Source: Mytilus edulis (lineage: Eukaryota). Taken from it: DNA of 64,000 bases. The stretch covers positions 65,658,001 to 65,722,000 of the forward strand of contig NC_092356.1 of assembly GCF_963676685.1 (NCBI RefSeq), written 5' to 3'. Within the stretch, counting starts at the first letter, position 1. The number at the start of each line of letters is the position of its first letter. This document shows positions 1 through 13,615 of the stretch, piece after piece. Made by a program: the position numbers and the translations under genes. A model generated the notes under the pieces. It made no database searches, had not been told where the DNA came from, and saw nothing but the letters and a program-made list of their open reading frames with translations.

Positions 1-161
1 GCGCGAAGGCCCAAATATGGTGTCGGCCTGTGAGTCACACCCTTAGATTTCACAGTCAACTACGGTGTCCACGCTAAGGCCCAAATATAGCGTCAGCGCA
101 TGCGCGCAGCGCGCGTCTCGCGTCTGAGGTTTAATGGTCATACTCCCCCCACTATACTACT
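1..161 (-). mobile_element. Right-hand terminus (TIR) of a Polinton/Maverick element lying to the left of the window
   Basis: Ends in ...actatACTACT at 161 (reverse complement AGTAGT, the typical Polinton terminus). Its reverse complement aligns at roughly 90% by eye to 59579-59740, which adjoins Polinton genes. Confidence 0.85.
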
Positions 162-289
162 TCTTGGAATGAAAAATTTAGATTGATATATGTAATATTA
201 TATATCGTTTGATGTTATAAAGACACGCATTAAAGACCAATATCTATAAAAAAAAAAAAAGGGTCAGCTTATATATGTGACTGTGAGAA

Positions 290-640
290 ATTAAGTGTGT
301 ATAGAAGTATAAAGTTTGATATTTGTCTTGTAATTATTTTAGCTACATTAATAATATTAACATGCTGACAAAACTACGAAGTGGTACATTGAAACTTAAT
401 GTTGTAGTTGGTCGCTTCTCTGATATACTAAGAGAAATGCGTCTATGTGTATGATGTACTATGCAATGTGTTGAGAATGAATTCCATTTTGTATTTATAT
501 GTCCAGCATATAGGGCAATAAGAATATTTTTTTCTGCCACCTTATTATTGTTCATGGCCTAATATTTTTAAACTATCTTGTTTGTTGAAAGCAAATTCTA
601 GATCTCTAACAATTAATATACTATATATTGCCATAGCATG
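290..640 (+). mobile_element. Degraded LINE (CR1/L2-like) ORF2 C-terminal remnant
   Basis: The + strand reads SKLRSGTLKLNVVVGRF...RLC.*C...VENEFHFVFICPAYRAIR, the CCHC-type tail of non-LTR retrotransposon ORF2; contains stops. Confidence 0.55.
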
Positions 641-2296
641 TTCTATATGCTTTTGCAAATAAACTATTCATTCATTCATTCATTCAAATCAAGAATATCG
701 AAAATTTGTGTTAACGCACTCGGAAGCATATCTCAAGAACGTTTTACAACAAACGCAGGAAAATATGAATGCCTTCTCAAATCAAATTTATTAGAAAAAC
801 GAATTATTACAGAAGAGTGTCCGTCAATCACTTGCACTGTTATACAAATATTAATATAATATGTAACAACAAACCAGTGACAGTATACTGTTAACAAATG
901 ATTATAGCATTGCAATTTAATTGTTATTACGGTGAGGTTGAATTCCCTGTCATTTATTCATCATCCAGACACGAACTTGTATCAGAAAAAATATGTCTAT
1001 GTGCCTAAAACGAACTTTAAGGTATAGAGGTGACTTTTGTCAGAGACAAGTGTTTGTGACCATCCACCAGAACGTGCAGCCATCCGAAGTTCAGTACTTC
1101 GGTACTTTGATTACTTTAGTAATTTCAATTAGACTGTTGAACAGACTGAGATATAGAACTATAAAACACAGTTATATAAAAAAAAAAAGGTAATTATTCT
1201 TCATTTATGGGATTATAATTTCTATAGTTTTTAGTAATCGTCACCATATATATCCGTTAAAATGTAGTTCATAATCTTTCGGAAGTTCAACATCTGGATA
1301 TACATGTATACATAGAGTTCATATATATTTTCCCGGAAGTTCAACATTTGGATATATGAAATAGTAAATATTTTATTTCGGAAGTTCAACATTTGGATTT
1401 ATATTTCATAATATTCCATTCACCATAACAGTATACCTTTAATCAATTTCCGAATGATCTATTCCACTACTAGATACATGTATATTATATACTTAATAAA
1501 AGGCCTAGTAACAATTTTAAAACACATATATAAAATTGAGAATGGAAATTGGGAATGTGTCAAAGAGACAACAACAGAACCATAGAACAGACAACATATA
1601 TAGTCGACCTTTTTCTTATTTTTAGAAACTGGACGTGATTGGTCCCTCCCTATCTGTCTGTCAATCGTCGTGTAACATTTCCCCTTCATTATTTTTTGGA
1701 GAATTTTCCAAAAGTAATAGATACGATATCAAGGCGAATTTGTTAGAGAAAACATAAGAAATAACTTGAGCTTTCAAATTGGTAGTTGAAATTGCGTGCC
1801 TAATAAACTAAATGAAACGTTTCCTTAATAAGAAAAGAGTGACCAATGTGAACTCATGGTTTGGTTCGTCTTAAAATACAGGTTGGAATCTAAGTACTAG
1901 AAAAAATATAAATATATTTAATACCTTCTTAACATGCTTAATTCATTAACGCCTTTTCTATACACGGATGCATAGCCAAATCAACATCTTAAACATTACA
2001 AACAAATCATATTGGTTAAAGTAGTATTGCCTATAGTTTGCTTAAGCCTTTAACTTAGATGTAGAAACATACTAGGCGAAGCGAGGCGAATTTTTTTAGG
2101 GGGGTTCGTGTGACTGAAACGGGAGAAGCTTATTTCAGCATTACTATGGGACAGGTCAATGCAATTATAATAATAAAAAATAAGAAGACGAAAACATATT
2201 AATATGAATAGGAATACGAATATGGATACATACACAGTCATTGCTTTATATATATATATAATATATATATCTATGTCCAACATCAAGTTATAATAG

Positions 2297-2665
2297 ATAT
2301 AGGAAGATGTGGTGTGAGTGCCAATGAGACAACTCTCCATACAAATAACAATTTAAAAAGTAAACCATTATAGGTTAAAGTACGGCCTTCAACACGGAGC
2401 CTTAGCTCACACCGAACAACAAGCTATAAAGGGCCCCAAAATTACTAGTGTAAAACCATTCAAACGGGAAAACCAACGGTCTAATCTATATAAACAAAAC
2501 GAGAAACGAGAAACACGTATATATTACATAAACAAACGACAACTACTGTACATCAGATTCCTGACTTAGGACAGGTGCAAACATTTGCAGCGGGATTAAA
2601 CGTTTTAATGGATCCAAACCTTCTCCCTTTTTCTGAAACAATAGCATAACATCACAACAAAGAAA
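2297..2665 (-). mobile_element. Short dispersed retro-repeat, family 3 (twister-bearing); second copy at about 42915-43345 (-)
   Basis: Two near-identical copies in the window; shares its terminal motifs and twister fold with families 1 and 2. Confidence 0.8.
2553..2636 (-). ncRNA. Twister-like ribozyme, P3-type permutation (family 3)
   Basis: Minus strand reads ucaga..GGGA GAAGG..UAA UCCC GC U gcaaa ug uuugc A CCUG UCCUAAGU CAGG AA ucuga. P2, P3, P4, P5, T1 (CCU/AGG) and T2 can all form; predicted U^A cut between 2598 and 2597. Confidence 0.75.
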
Positions 2666-3064
2666 AAGCTTATAAGCTTATAAAAGACGAAAACGGATTT
2701 TCGACGTGCTCATGTTACAAGTGATCACAAGTTACCTGTAAACATTCCGCTGGAAGACATGACAACCTACCTGGACACATTATTCTACCAATTTTCAAGT
2801 CATTGGTTTGACCTACCGGGGTTCGAACCCGCTACCTACCGCACTAGAATCAATGGAACACGCTAGCATACAACCAGACAATGCTGATCGCTCCTTTAAA
2901 TAATCTTATTCTAAAAGTTTACCAATTTAACACTGTAATAAGATCATTGAATATTGTTTTTATTGGTATACATATTGATTTAGTTATTAGTTAATTAAAA
3001 GCAAACTAAATATTACTAGTACGTGTATGTTATATACATATACACATTCATGGATCTACAATCT

Positions 3065-3445
3065 GTCGATACCTGTAACTTGGCATTGCACAAGGTCAAG
3101 TTTTTCTCTGACGGTTTATGACGTCTTTACACTAAATCCATTGGATGTTGGATGTGTACGGATTGATAATTTAGTCTTAGATACATGATTTTTCTATAAG
3201 TTGTTAGTGGCTTTGAACTAGCTGTCGAGTAACTGCGAGTACTCTCAGATATGTTCCTAGTGTCTTTTTGTTGTCGGGATGTACAAGTATCCGGCCACAT
3301 CCACTTGTATTTTTGTCCATCTGATGAGTTAAGCCTTTTTCAACTGATTTTTATAGTTCGTTCTTATGTTGTACTGTAATACCACTGTCCCAGGTTAGGG
3401 GAGGATTGGGATCCCCCTAACATGTTTAACCCCGCCACATTATTA
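3065..3445 (+). mobile_element. Family 1 retro-repeat (3' region of a Penelope-like element), 3'-truncated
   Basis: Matches other family 1 copies at about 22050-22290(+), 33624-34135(+), 35657-36045(-), 36103-36720(-), 41143-41350(-) and 55440-55720(+). Confidence 0.8.
3110..3176 (+). promoter_or_regulatory. Type II SECIS-like element in family 1 repeat
   Basis: AUGAC (3118) / UGAU (3164) core; 10-bp helix GUCUUUACAC/GUGUACGGAU with one mismatch; unpaired AAA; apical mini-stem UCCA/UGGA. Confidence 0.7.
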
Positions 3446-4748
3446 AGAAAATAGATTAAAAAGCTAGGTTGAAATTGCCTGCCTAATAAACTAAATGAAA
3501 CGTTTCCTTAATAAGAAAAGAGTGACCAATGTGAACTCATGGTTTGGTTCGTCTTAAAATACAGGTTGGAATCTAAGTACTAGAAAAAATATAAATATAT
3601 TTAATACCTTCTTAACATGCTTAATGTATTAACGCCTTTTCTATACACGGATGCATAGTCAAATCAATATCTTAAACATTACAAAAAAATCATATTGGTT
3701 AAAGTAGTATTGCCTATAGTTTGCTTCAACTTAGATGTATATAAACATAGGGTATTACATCTATGGTTTAAATGATCCATGCATGGGTTGTTTCTCTCTC
3801 AAAATATCACTATTCACCACACACTATAAAAAAAAAAAATTAACCGCGACCTGTTAAACAAAAATAGGTCAATTTATTTATAGAACTAGACTAAGTGTAT
3901 TTATTTTATATCGGATATTAAATATAGTTCTGGTTTGTAAGTATTTATGTCACATTATATTTATATATTTATTTTTGAATTACAAGTCATTTTAGATATG
4001 CAAATGTGCTATCGATGGACATAGGTTTTTTTGGCAGATGGTGTAGGTAACAAAGATCCGGCCCGCGACTAACTATAATTGTACAATCCATTGTACAGCA
4101 TTATTTACAATAATCATCCGAACAGAAGACACGTTAGCAAAAACTATTTTTAAAGGCAGTCAGGAATACAGATCCTTTTTGTACTTGCATTATGATAGGG
4201 TGTGTTAATATTACAGTAGATTAACCGCATGAGTTACAGGGCAAAATATACATTCATGAGGGTCTGGATGGAGTTTTCAGAGTAGAGAAAATGAACCCAC
4301 GTACCACCCCCCTCCCCGCCCAAATATATATAACAGACCGGCTGACATATTTCAAACATGCAAGTTTAGCATGTTTAGTACCTTGTGTTATATTAAAGTA
4401 TATAGGATTTTTTTCCAGGAACAAATACTTGTGCAGTGGAAAGAAAAATAATTGAATAATAAAATACTGATTACATTGATTGATTGGTTGGTGTTAAGCG
4501 ACACTTTAAGCATTATTGTGCTATTTCGTGGCGACTACTTTTTGTAACCTTGGATAGAACAAGCGACCTTTAGTGGGAAAACTCATATGCTAGTCAATTA
4601 AGATTGGGGTCAAGTCAGAACATATAGGAATGATGCGTTATATTTATTGTTCTTCATCAATTCATGCTGGTCAGTCTCCCTTAACGAAATCAATCTTCAT
4701 ATTGATGTTAATCGCACAATTGGTTTTTGCTATTTCAGACACCCAGGC

Positions 4749-7700
4749 ATGGATTCACACATTGTACTAGTGACCGGTGGCAGTGGTTTCCTTGGTCAGC
4801 ATGTTGTCAAACATTTAGATATGTTTTGTGATGATATAACGGAAATACGAGTCCTAGACATCAGACCGTATGAAAAGAATTTGGGTAACAAACGTTTTAA
4901 ATTTTATATTAAGTGTACTTGGCAGTCTCATTACCACACATTCATACACCTCTATTTCGAATTACATTTATTGCAATCAGTTGCTCATCACTTTGGACAG
5001 ATCCAAGCTAGACAATATGACAAGCTTTTCCATTTGCGGTCAATAAGTCTTCTTTTAAAACTTCCATTACAGAGCAGAAAATTTGTACAGTAAGATTAAC
5101 ACATTTCTCATTCAATATAATGGAAAGAATATTCTTTTTGCAGGCGTGCAAATTGTCTCAGATAACATCTTTTTCTTTGTTTACATAAAGTTGTTGGACG
5201 GCTTTGTTGTAGATTTTGAAGACAGAAAGCCAGTTACATCAATTATAGGAAATCTTACAGATCCGGATGTCGTCAGGAAAGCTTGTAAAAATGTTAAATG
5301 TGTCTTCCATATTGCTGCATTGGTGGAATATAAGTTGTTTCCAGATATCACAGCTTTAAATGAGATAAATATTCAGGGTATGTATAGTAGGTATTTACTA
5401 TATTTATGATAAATTAAATATAAATAATAGCGAATACGTTTTCCACAGTCTATTTTATCAGTAACGCGTGGATACATTTTCTAAGTTCTCAATAATTGAA
5501 TTTAATTCTGAGCCTTGAGGAACGTCGACTATGAAAGAAACGAATAGTGAATTTTGGGTGTTTTGGTGCGTTTTTTTTTTTATTAACCTACATTATGAAC
5601 GCTCAAACCTACACAATTGAAATCATGGAATGTATAAATACGTTTAACACGTCGCATATACATATACGACAAAAATAGCATCTTTAAGTGAAAAATATAA
5701 TATAATTACTTCTGGAAATTCATCAAGTACGCATCCTTGAATATGACTTGGTCTGCGCTCCTCGTTATAGTATTGTATAATTGTTTGGCATTGCCTTTAT
5801 CAGATTCCCTTCGACTTATGAACTTTTTTAATGTATCTTTGGTACAAAATGTATCTTCCGCCTCTTTATAGACATATTTAACCACATTAACTAATTATGT
5901 ACATGATGTATAGTATTGTTATTTGTTGTAATTTCACAATATTTTTAAGGTACCCTGAATGTAATTAATGCATGTAAAGAAGAAGGGGTCGAAAACCTGA
6001 TATACTGCGGAAGTATCTCGTCCTTTTTCGATGGGCACGAGGTATTCGAAGGAACAGAAGAAACTGTACCAATTGCAAAAAGTCCGCTAGGGGAATACGC
6101 TGTATCAAAAAAAGTTGCATTAGAAATGGTAATTAAGGAAAATGGAAGTGTTTTAGAAAACGGTTAGTCATACATTTAATTTCTATAAGTATGTAGAGGT
6201 TAAGATAAAACATTTAGTTCATTTTAAAGCAACTATATGCACAGGATTATTTTTTATACACAGTTTTGATTTAGAATAAAAACCGACATGGATAGAAACA
6301 ATAAAAAATAACACTATTACAAATACAATTCCACTATAATATTCTTGTCATGATTAGAAAAAAACACCAATGAATATAAAATGACATATTAAACTAATTT
6401 TAGTAGTATTAATTTTCTATGAATATAAGAAGTTCTTTCATCATTGAAAACTATCCACCGAAGACGAAGGAGACACGGTGAAGGAGATCATGTACGGTGT
6501 TGTACAAAAAAAAAGAAGTTTAGTATTGAAGCTCTTACAGGCTCTGAAATTCCAAAATATGAAACTATTCAAAATAGGAGAACTCGTACATGTAGTAACT
6601 AAACAACGTTTAAAGACAAAATAGCGTAATATTTCATGATAATGTAACACAATCAACGACATTATATACATTTGTACTTGGGCTCTACGCATTTGTTTTT
6701 AGTTTCATTTCAATCAGCATGTCAATAATAAATAGTACATGTATGTTTATAGAAAGTGTTGTTATTTCTATAAATATTCTTGCCTTTTAGAGACAAAACC
6801 AGAAGTATAAAAGTATTGATTTATTGTTGGTAGCTTAACGTCCAATAGTAAACATTTCAAACATATTTAGGACGATAACAAATTTACAATAAATACAATA
6901 GGTAGGTCCTGAATTAGAGGACGTCTGGGATGCATGAAAGTCGGAGTATTGGGACAGCCGCTGTCAAATGAAGGGTATATTGGATAGGGACAAAAATGTT
7001 GACTGGCATCAGCCTGGTCACCTTTGGACACCTCAAAGAATTTTTTCAATGCATTATAATAGCTGAGACCGTGGCAGCTACACGAGAAGTGGATAAAACG
7101 TCCCGACCCCCTTCTGATCAGACGTGGCTATTGTACAGCCTGCACAACCAACGTACTCCTCATTTTAGCCAGGGTTTTACTGTCGGTCGTAAAAAGACCA
7201 AGAGTGACAATATTTCTATTCCCATATCTATTTATTCGGAGAAATCTGATGTTGTTTTTTATTAATTGTTTTTTTTGTGTGTGTGTGGGGGGGGGGGGGG
7301 GGGGGGTAAAATTCTAATTCAAATCGGGTTTGGCTTTACTTTTGATCCTTTTTATAAGGTCGTCGACGTTTGAACAAGTTTTGAACTCAGTTTTGGCCTT
7401 TCAAATGTTTCGGCTTCCAGTTTCGATGAAAAGACGTTTATTATCGAAATGCTCATCTGGTAATAAAATTGGTATAAATTGGTATACAAGTAGTTCCAAA
7501 TTCCAAATATTATTGATATATTTTTTTTTCTAGAAGAAATCAGATATTAGTGTTGTCTGTTTTACTGTACATTTTTTTATTGTGCTTCTGTCATCCTTCT
7601 TAATTTTTAATGCATTATTTTATAGGAAAATTTTTCCAGACAACAGCTGTATTACCTACATCTATGTACGGAGAAGAAGACCGGAGGCGATTAGAAGTGG

Positions 7701-8182
7701 CATCGTTCTATAAAGAAGGAACTGTGTCTAGGGTAGTCGGGAAAACAACAGCATTGTTACCTCTTGTTTACGTAGGCAATGTGGCAATGATGTTTGTAAA
7801 GGTCTATGAAAGGATGGGTAGAGATAATGGTATTGGCGGCCATTATTTTTTCACTGTTGACGACACTCCCCCTCAAAATGCTTTTGAGTCTGGCCACATG
7901 TACATACCGAAAGCAAATGTCAACATAACTTTGTCCTGGTGGTATATACCAATGTTTGTAACCATGGCAATGGTTACATTGTTGTATTACATTCTCTTAC
8001 CAATAAGACCATTTTATAAAGTAAATTTGCCTATATCGAACTGGATTATTTTACATATGAATAAAACTTGCCTTTACAAGAATGATAAAGCTAAGAAAAT
8101 GCTCGGATATGAACCTCTATATGACTATGAAACAGCACTGAAGAAGACAAAGGCGTTTTTTGGTACTGTCAGACAAACATGA
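4749..8182 (+). CDS. 3-beta-hydroxysteroid dehydrogenase/isomerase-like extended SDR, 356 aa, 4 coding exons
   Basis: Exons 4749-4884, 5213-5377, 5950-6162 and 7626-8182 join in frame across GT-AG phase-1 introns (1071 nt). Motifs: VLVTGGSGFLG (NAD binding), VFHIAA, NIQGTLNVINAC, catalytic YAVSK, PTSMYGEED, VYVGNVA, a hydrophobic membrane segment, and KAKKMLGYEP. Confidence 0.93.
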
Positions 8183-10945
8183 ATAATTGTATATTTTATG
8201 TGACATAAATAATATAAAATTGTATCATTTTCTCATCATATACTCATTTAGAGTGGGTTTGCAATTAATATTTAATGCTTAATAATGTAGCCGTATTTTT
8301 TTTTTGCACTAGTCCTTCACGTTTTATGTAAAAATTGAGTTGCTTTTAATTCACATATAGATAGTAGACACATTTCATTTATAAAAAAGTATCCGACACA
8401 TTTAGATTGGAACAAACTGTAAAAAATAGTTGGATAGGGCTTGACTTTAGATTGACACGAATAGTAAAATACTCATGCACGAAATACAAAAGATGTGAAG
8501 TACCTAGTATCTAACAACACTTGCAATTACTGAAAGAAGTACACTTTCAATAAATTTAAAATTTCATGTTAGGACGCCAGAAACAGTCTGAAAAAACCTT
8601 CTAAAGTGGAAGTATTGGCTGAAAATAGTCCCATAACTGTGTATTGTTTTTATTTATTTAAAACAAGTGTTGAAAATGACCAGTGAGTGAAGTATGTTTT
8701 TTATATAATGTTTGACAGTTGTTTCAAAAAGAGTGAAAAATCTCTCGTCGTATTAGTGTACTTAACTTTAGGTTTAAATGTACCGGATTATTTATACATA
8801 ACCCATACAGTTTTTAATATGTTTCATTCAATTGATAAAGAAACAAGTGCGTGTTTATTCGTTCAGATGGAAGCTTATGATAAAAAAATACTATTTCAAG
8901 GTCTTTTAACAGTTATATTGATGTCGACAGATATTATTGTAAAACATTAAATGAGCACGCATAAAAAACAATTAACGGAGTGTAGAGGTAACTATAGCAA
9001 TTGAATTTAAATATTAAAAGGGAAATCTTTACCCCAATCAGTGGGCCGGTTCATTTATATTTGCAATGGTTCCATTTAAATGCAATTTGAAATGAATTAG
9101 ATTTGCAACATCAAGTTGTCAATATAACAAAATAAAAAATCATTTTGTTGACGATGCGACTTGTATTAATTTGCTGTTCATTTTTCAAAAGTTGCGACAC
9201 GACAAACTAATTTAATCTGCAACATTCTGTAGTTTTTGCCAGCATGCCACATTTTGTTTTCGTTCATTTTTTATTAATAAATCCGACCGTTAGTTTTCTC
9301 ATTTGAATTATTTTATATTTCGCATTTCTGAACTTTTTACAGCTTACTAGATGTATACATACGTTATGGGTTTGTTCATTATTGAAGGTAACATATACTT
9401 GTTTTTGTCATTTTGACTCTGATTGAGTCTTGTAGCAATGCCAATCATAACACATCTTATTTAAATATGATTAGTCTTTTTTATTTGACCAACTGGTTTT
9501 AATGTATAGAGTTTGCGATATCAAGATCCACTACCCTCTTTCTTACTGTTGTATGGATCTCACTCGCGGCATTAGTCTTCACTTTGGAAGGTGATGTTCT
9601 TTAAACTTTTCGAATGATTTTACCATGATCGACGGTAGAGTCCATGTGATGTTCTTTTAAATTTTTCGAATGTGTTGTACCATGATCGATTGTAGGGTTC
9701 ATGTGATTATATTTTAAACTTTTCGAATGTGTTGTACCATGATCGATGGTAGGGTTCATGTGATTATCTTTTAAACTTTTCGAATGTATTGTGCCATGAT
9801 CGACGGTTGGGTCCATGTGATGTTCTTTTAAACTTTTCGAATGTGTAGTACCATGATCGATTGTAGGGTTCATGTGATTATCTTTTAAACTTTTCGAATG
9901 TATTGTGCCATGATCGACGGTAGGGTCCATGTGATGTTCTTTTAAACTTTTCGAATGTGTAGTACCATGATCAATGGTAGGCTCCATGTGATGTTCTTTT
10001 AAACTTTTCGAATGTGTAGTACCATGATCGATTGTAGGCTCCAGGTGATGTTCTTTTAAACTTTTCGAATGTGTAGTACCATGATCGGTTGTAGGATCCA
10101 TGTGATGTTCTTTTAAACTTTTCGAATGTGTAGTACCATGATCGATTGTAGGATCCATGTGATGTTCTTTTGAACTTTTCGAATGGTTGAACCAAAATCG
10201 ATGGTAGGGTCCATGTGAAGTTCTTTTAAATTTTTCGGATGTGTTGAACCATAATCGATGGTAGGGTCCATGTGATGTTCTTTTGAAATTTTCGAATGGT
10301 TGAACCATAATCGATGGTAGGGTCCATGTGAAGTTCTTTTAAATTTTTCGGATGTGTTGAACCATAATCGATGGTAGGGTCCATGTGATGTTCTTTTACA
10401 TTTTTCGAATGTGTTGTACCATGATCGATGAAAGGGTTCATGTGATGTTCTTTTAAACTTTTCGAATGGTTGGTGGTAGGGTTCATGTGATGTTCTTTTA
10501 AACTTTTCGAATGTGTTGTACCATGATCGATTGTAGGGTTCATGTGAATATCTTTTAAACTTTTCGAATGTGTTGTGCCATTATCGATTGTAGGGGTCAT
10601 GTGATTATCTTTAAACTTTTCGAATGTATTGTGCCATGATCGATGGTAGGCTCCATGTGATGTTCTTTTGAACTTTTCGAATGTCTTGTACAATGATCGA
10701 TGATAGGGTTCATGTGGTGTTCTTTAAAACTTTTCGAATGATCGAAGGAAGTGTTCATGTTATGTTCTTTTAAACTTTTCGAATGTGTTGTGCCTTGATC
10801 GATGTAGGGGTCCATTTGATGTTCTCTTAAGCTTTTCGAATGATCGATGATAGAGTTCATATGATGTCTTTTTACATTTTTTGGATATGCTGTACTATGA
10901 TTGAAGGAAGGGTTCATGTGATGTTCTTTTACATTTTTCGAAAGT

Positions 10946-11264
10946 GTTTCGTCCCCGAGGGTATCACCAGCCCAGAAGTCAGCACTTCGGTGTTGACATG
11001 AATATCAATTATGTGGTCATTTTTATAAATTTCCTGTTCACAAAACTTTGAAATTTATGAAAAACTAAGGATTTTCTTATCCCAGGCATAGATTACCTTA
11101 GCCGTATTTGGCACAACTTTTTGGAATTTTGGATCTTCAATGCTCTTCAACTTTGTATTTGTTTGGTTTATAACTATTTTGATATGAGCGTCACTGATGA
11201 GTCTTATGAAGACGAAACGCACGTCTGGCGTACTAAATTATAACCCTGGTACCTTTGATAACTA
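10946..11264 (+). mobile_element. 5'-truncated hammerhead retrozyme (family A) inserted in the minisatellite
   Basis: Reverse complement of the 355-bp unit at 26219-27111; hammerhead at 11188-11231. Confidence 0.9.
11188..11231 (+). ncRNA. Minimal type I hammerhead ribozyme (stem III palindrome mutated)
   Basis: gcguca CUGAUGA gucu uauga agac GAA acgc acgu C uggcgu; predicted cut after GUC at 11225. Confidence 0.8.
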
Positions 11265-13477
11265 ATTGTACCATGAGACGACGGTAGAGTTCATTTGATG
11301 TTCTTTTAAACTTTTCGACTGTGTTGTACCATGATGATTGGTAGGGTCCGTGTAATATTCTTTTAAACTTTTCAAATGTGTTTTACCATGATCGATGATA
11401 GGGTTCATGTGTTGTTCTTTCAAACATTTCGAATGATCGACGCTAGGGTTCATGTGATGTTCTTTTAAACTTTTTGAATGATCGATGGTAGGGTCCTTGT
11501 GATTTTCTTTTGAACTTTTCGAATGTTTGAAACATGATCGATGGTAGGCTTCATGTGAATATCTTTTAAACTTTTCGAATGTGTTGTGCCATGATCGATG
11601 GTAGGGTCCATGTGATGTTCTTTTGAACTTTTCGAATGTTTGAAACATGATCAATAATAGACTTCATGTGATGTTCTTTTACATTTTTCGAATGTTTCAA
11701 ACATGATCGATTATAGGGTTCATGTGATGTTCTTTTACACTTTTCAAATGTGTTGTACAGTGATCGATGGTAGGGTTCATGTGAGGTTTTTTTTAAAACT
11801 TTTCGAATGATCCATGGTAGGGTTCATGTGATTATCTTTTAAACTTTTCGAATGTGTTGTGCCATGATCGATGGTAGAGTCCATGTGAGGTTCTTTTGAA
11901 CTTTTCGAATGTGTTGTACCATGATCGATGATAGGGTTCATGTGATGTACATTTAAACTTTTCGTATGATTGATGTAGGGTTCATGTGGTGTTCTTTTAA
12001 ATTTTCGAATGTGTTGTACCATGATCAATTGTAGGGTTCATGTGATTATCTTTTAAACTTTTGAATGTGTTGTGCCATGATCGATGATAGGCTCCATGTG
12101 ATGTTCTTTTGAATTTTTCGAATGTTTGAAACATGATCAATGGTAGGGTCCATGTGAAGTTCTTTTAAACTTTTCGAATGTGTTGTACCATGATCGATGT
12201 TAGGGTCCATGTGATGCTCTTTTGAACTTTTCGAATGTTTGAAACATGATCGATGGTAGGCTTCATGTGATTATCTTTTAAATTTTTCGAATGTGTTGTA
12301 CCATGATCGACGGTAGAGTCCATTTGATGTTCTTTTAAAATTTTCGATTGTGTTTTACCATGATGATTAGAAGGGTCAATGTGATGTTCTTTTAAACTTT
12401 TCAAATGTGTTGTACCATGATCGATTGTAGAGTTCATGTGATTATCTTTTAAATTTTTCGAATGTTTGAACCATGATCGATGATAAGGTTCATGTGATGT
12501 TCTTTTAAACTTTTCGAATGTTTGAACCATGATCGATGGTAGGGTTCATGTGATGTTATTTTAAACTTTTCGAATGTGTAGTACCATGATCGATTGTAGG
12601 GTTCATGTGATGTTCTTTAAAACTTTTAGAATGTTTGAACCATGATCGATGATAAGGTTCATGTGATGTTCTTTTAAACTTTTCGAATGTCTGAACCATG
12701 ATTGATTGTAGGGTTTATGTGATTATCTTTTCAACTTTTCGAATGTGTTGTGCCATGATCGATGGAAGGGTCCATATGATGTTCTTAATAATTTTTCGAA
12801 TATTTGAACCATGATCGATGATAGGGTTCGTGTTGTTCATCGGTCTTTTGAAATTATTGTGTAGTGCTTTGATGACCGATGTTTGTCTTTTTGTAGTTGT
12901 ATATAACTGTGTTGATTTAGAAATATAACGGTTAAACCACTCATCAGGCTAGCGTACTTAACTTATCATGTACCAAATTAACTATTTCCAACCTTTAATT
13001 CGAAAAATTAATAAAATATCAAGTGCGTATGTAATCGTTCAAATGTATTAAATAATAAACAAAATATTTCAATGTCTTTTATTACTATCATACTGATGCC
13101 GACAGAACCATTTGTAAAAAATAAATGCGCACAAATGCACTATTAACGGTGTTTATAATATAATCGAATTCAAATATTAAAATGGAAATCTCAACCAACA
13201 TCCACAATCATGATCAGTTAAATCTAAAACTAATGTTGTTACTCACTCATGTAAACTCACCCGTGTTGACCTAGTTCTTTTCATCTGTCAAGCGTTATAT
13301 ATCTATGAGTTTCCAAAATGTTTGTCAACAGTGAACATGATGATTAGATAAGATGAACTATAACAAAAATAATGAAATGAATAAATTTCTACCTTTCATT
13401 TTAATACTTTGCCGTCTGTGTTTATTAATATTTGTTTTGTACTGTAACGACGGGATCCTCTTAAACAATAGAATAGG

Positions 13478-13615
13478 AGAGCTATGTTGTGGTTAGTGCA
13501 TTGGAATACTAACAGAAAGGTTTCTGGATCGATCCCCGCTTCGGGTAGAAAATTTCAAGGACTGAATTTTCGTCTCCCCCTTGACATCATTTGCGAGTAT
13601 GGTATTAAGGAACGA
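13478..13615 (+). mobile_element. Degraded tRNA-derived SINE head
   Basis: A-box-like agctatgttgtggttag and B-box-like ggatcgatccc at tRNA spacing; no intact cloverleaf. Confidence 0.5.

Larger units (their letters stand above)
1785..3740. repeat. ~270-bp direct duplication (about 1785-2060 and 3468-3740) bracketing a cluster of repeat insertions
   Basis: gttgaaattgc..taataaactaaatgaaacgtttcc...gcctatagtttgctt..aacttagatgta occurs twice, nearly identical. Confidence 0.85.
9590..12830. repeat. Minisatellite array, ~57-bp unit with 45- and 56-bp variants, interrupted at 10946-11264
   Basis: Unit gtgatgttcttttaaacttttcgaatgtgttgtaccatgatcgatggtagggttcat repeated about 50 times; it explains the repetitive His-rich ORFs. 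Confidence 0.95.

Noticed and set aside
9601-12530. His-rich repetitive ORFs (HHMDPTIDHGTTHSKSLKE)n as a metal-binding or byssal protein
   Set aside because: By-product of a 57-bp unit; frequent frameshifts, no signal peptide or splice context, and a retrozyme interrupts the array.
9590-12830. CRISPR-like array
   Set aside because: Units are contiguous with no unique spacers; eukaryotic context and no cas genes.
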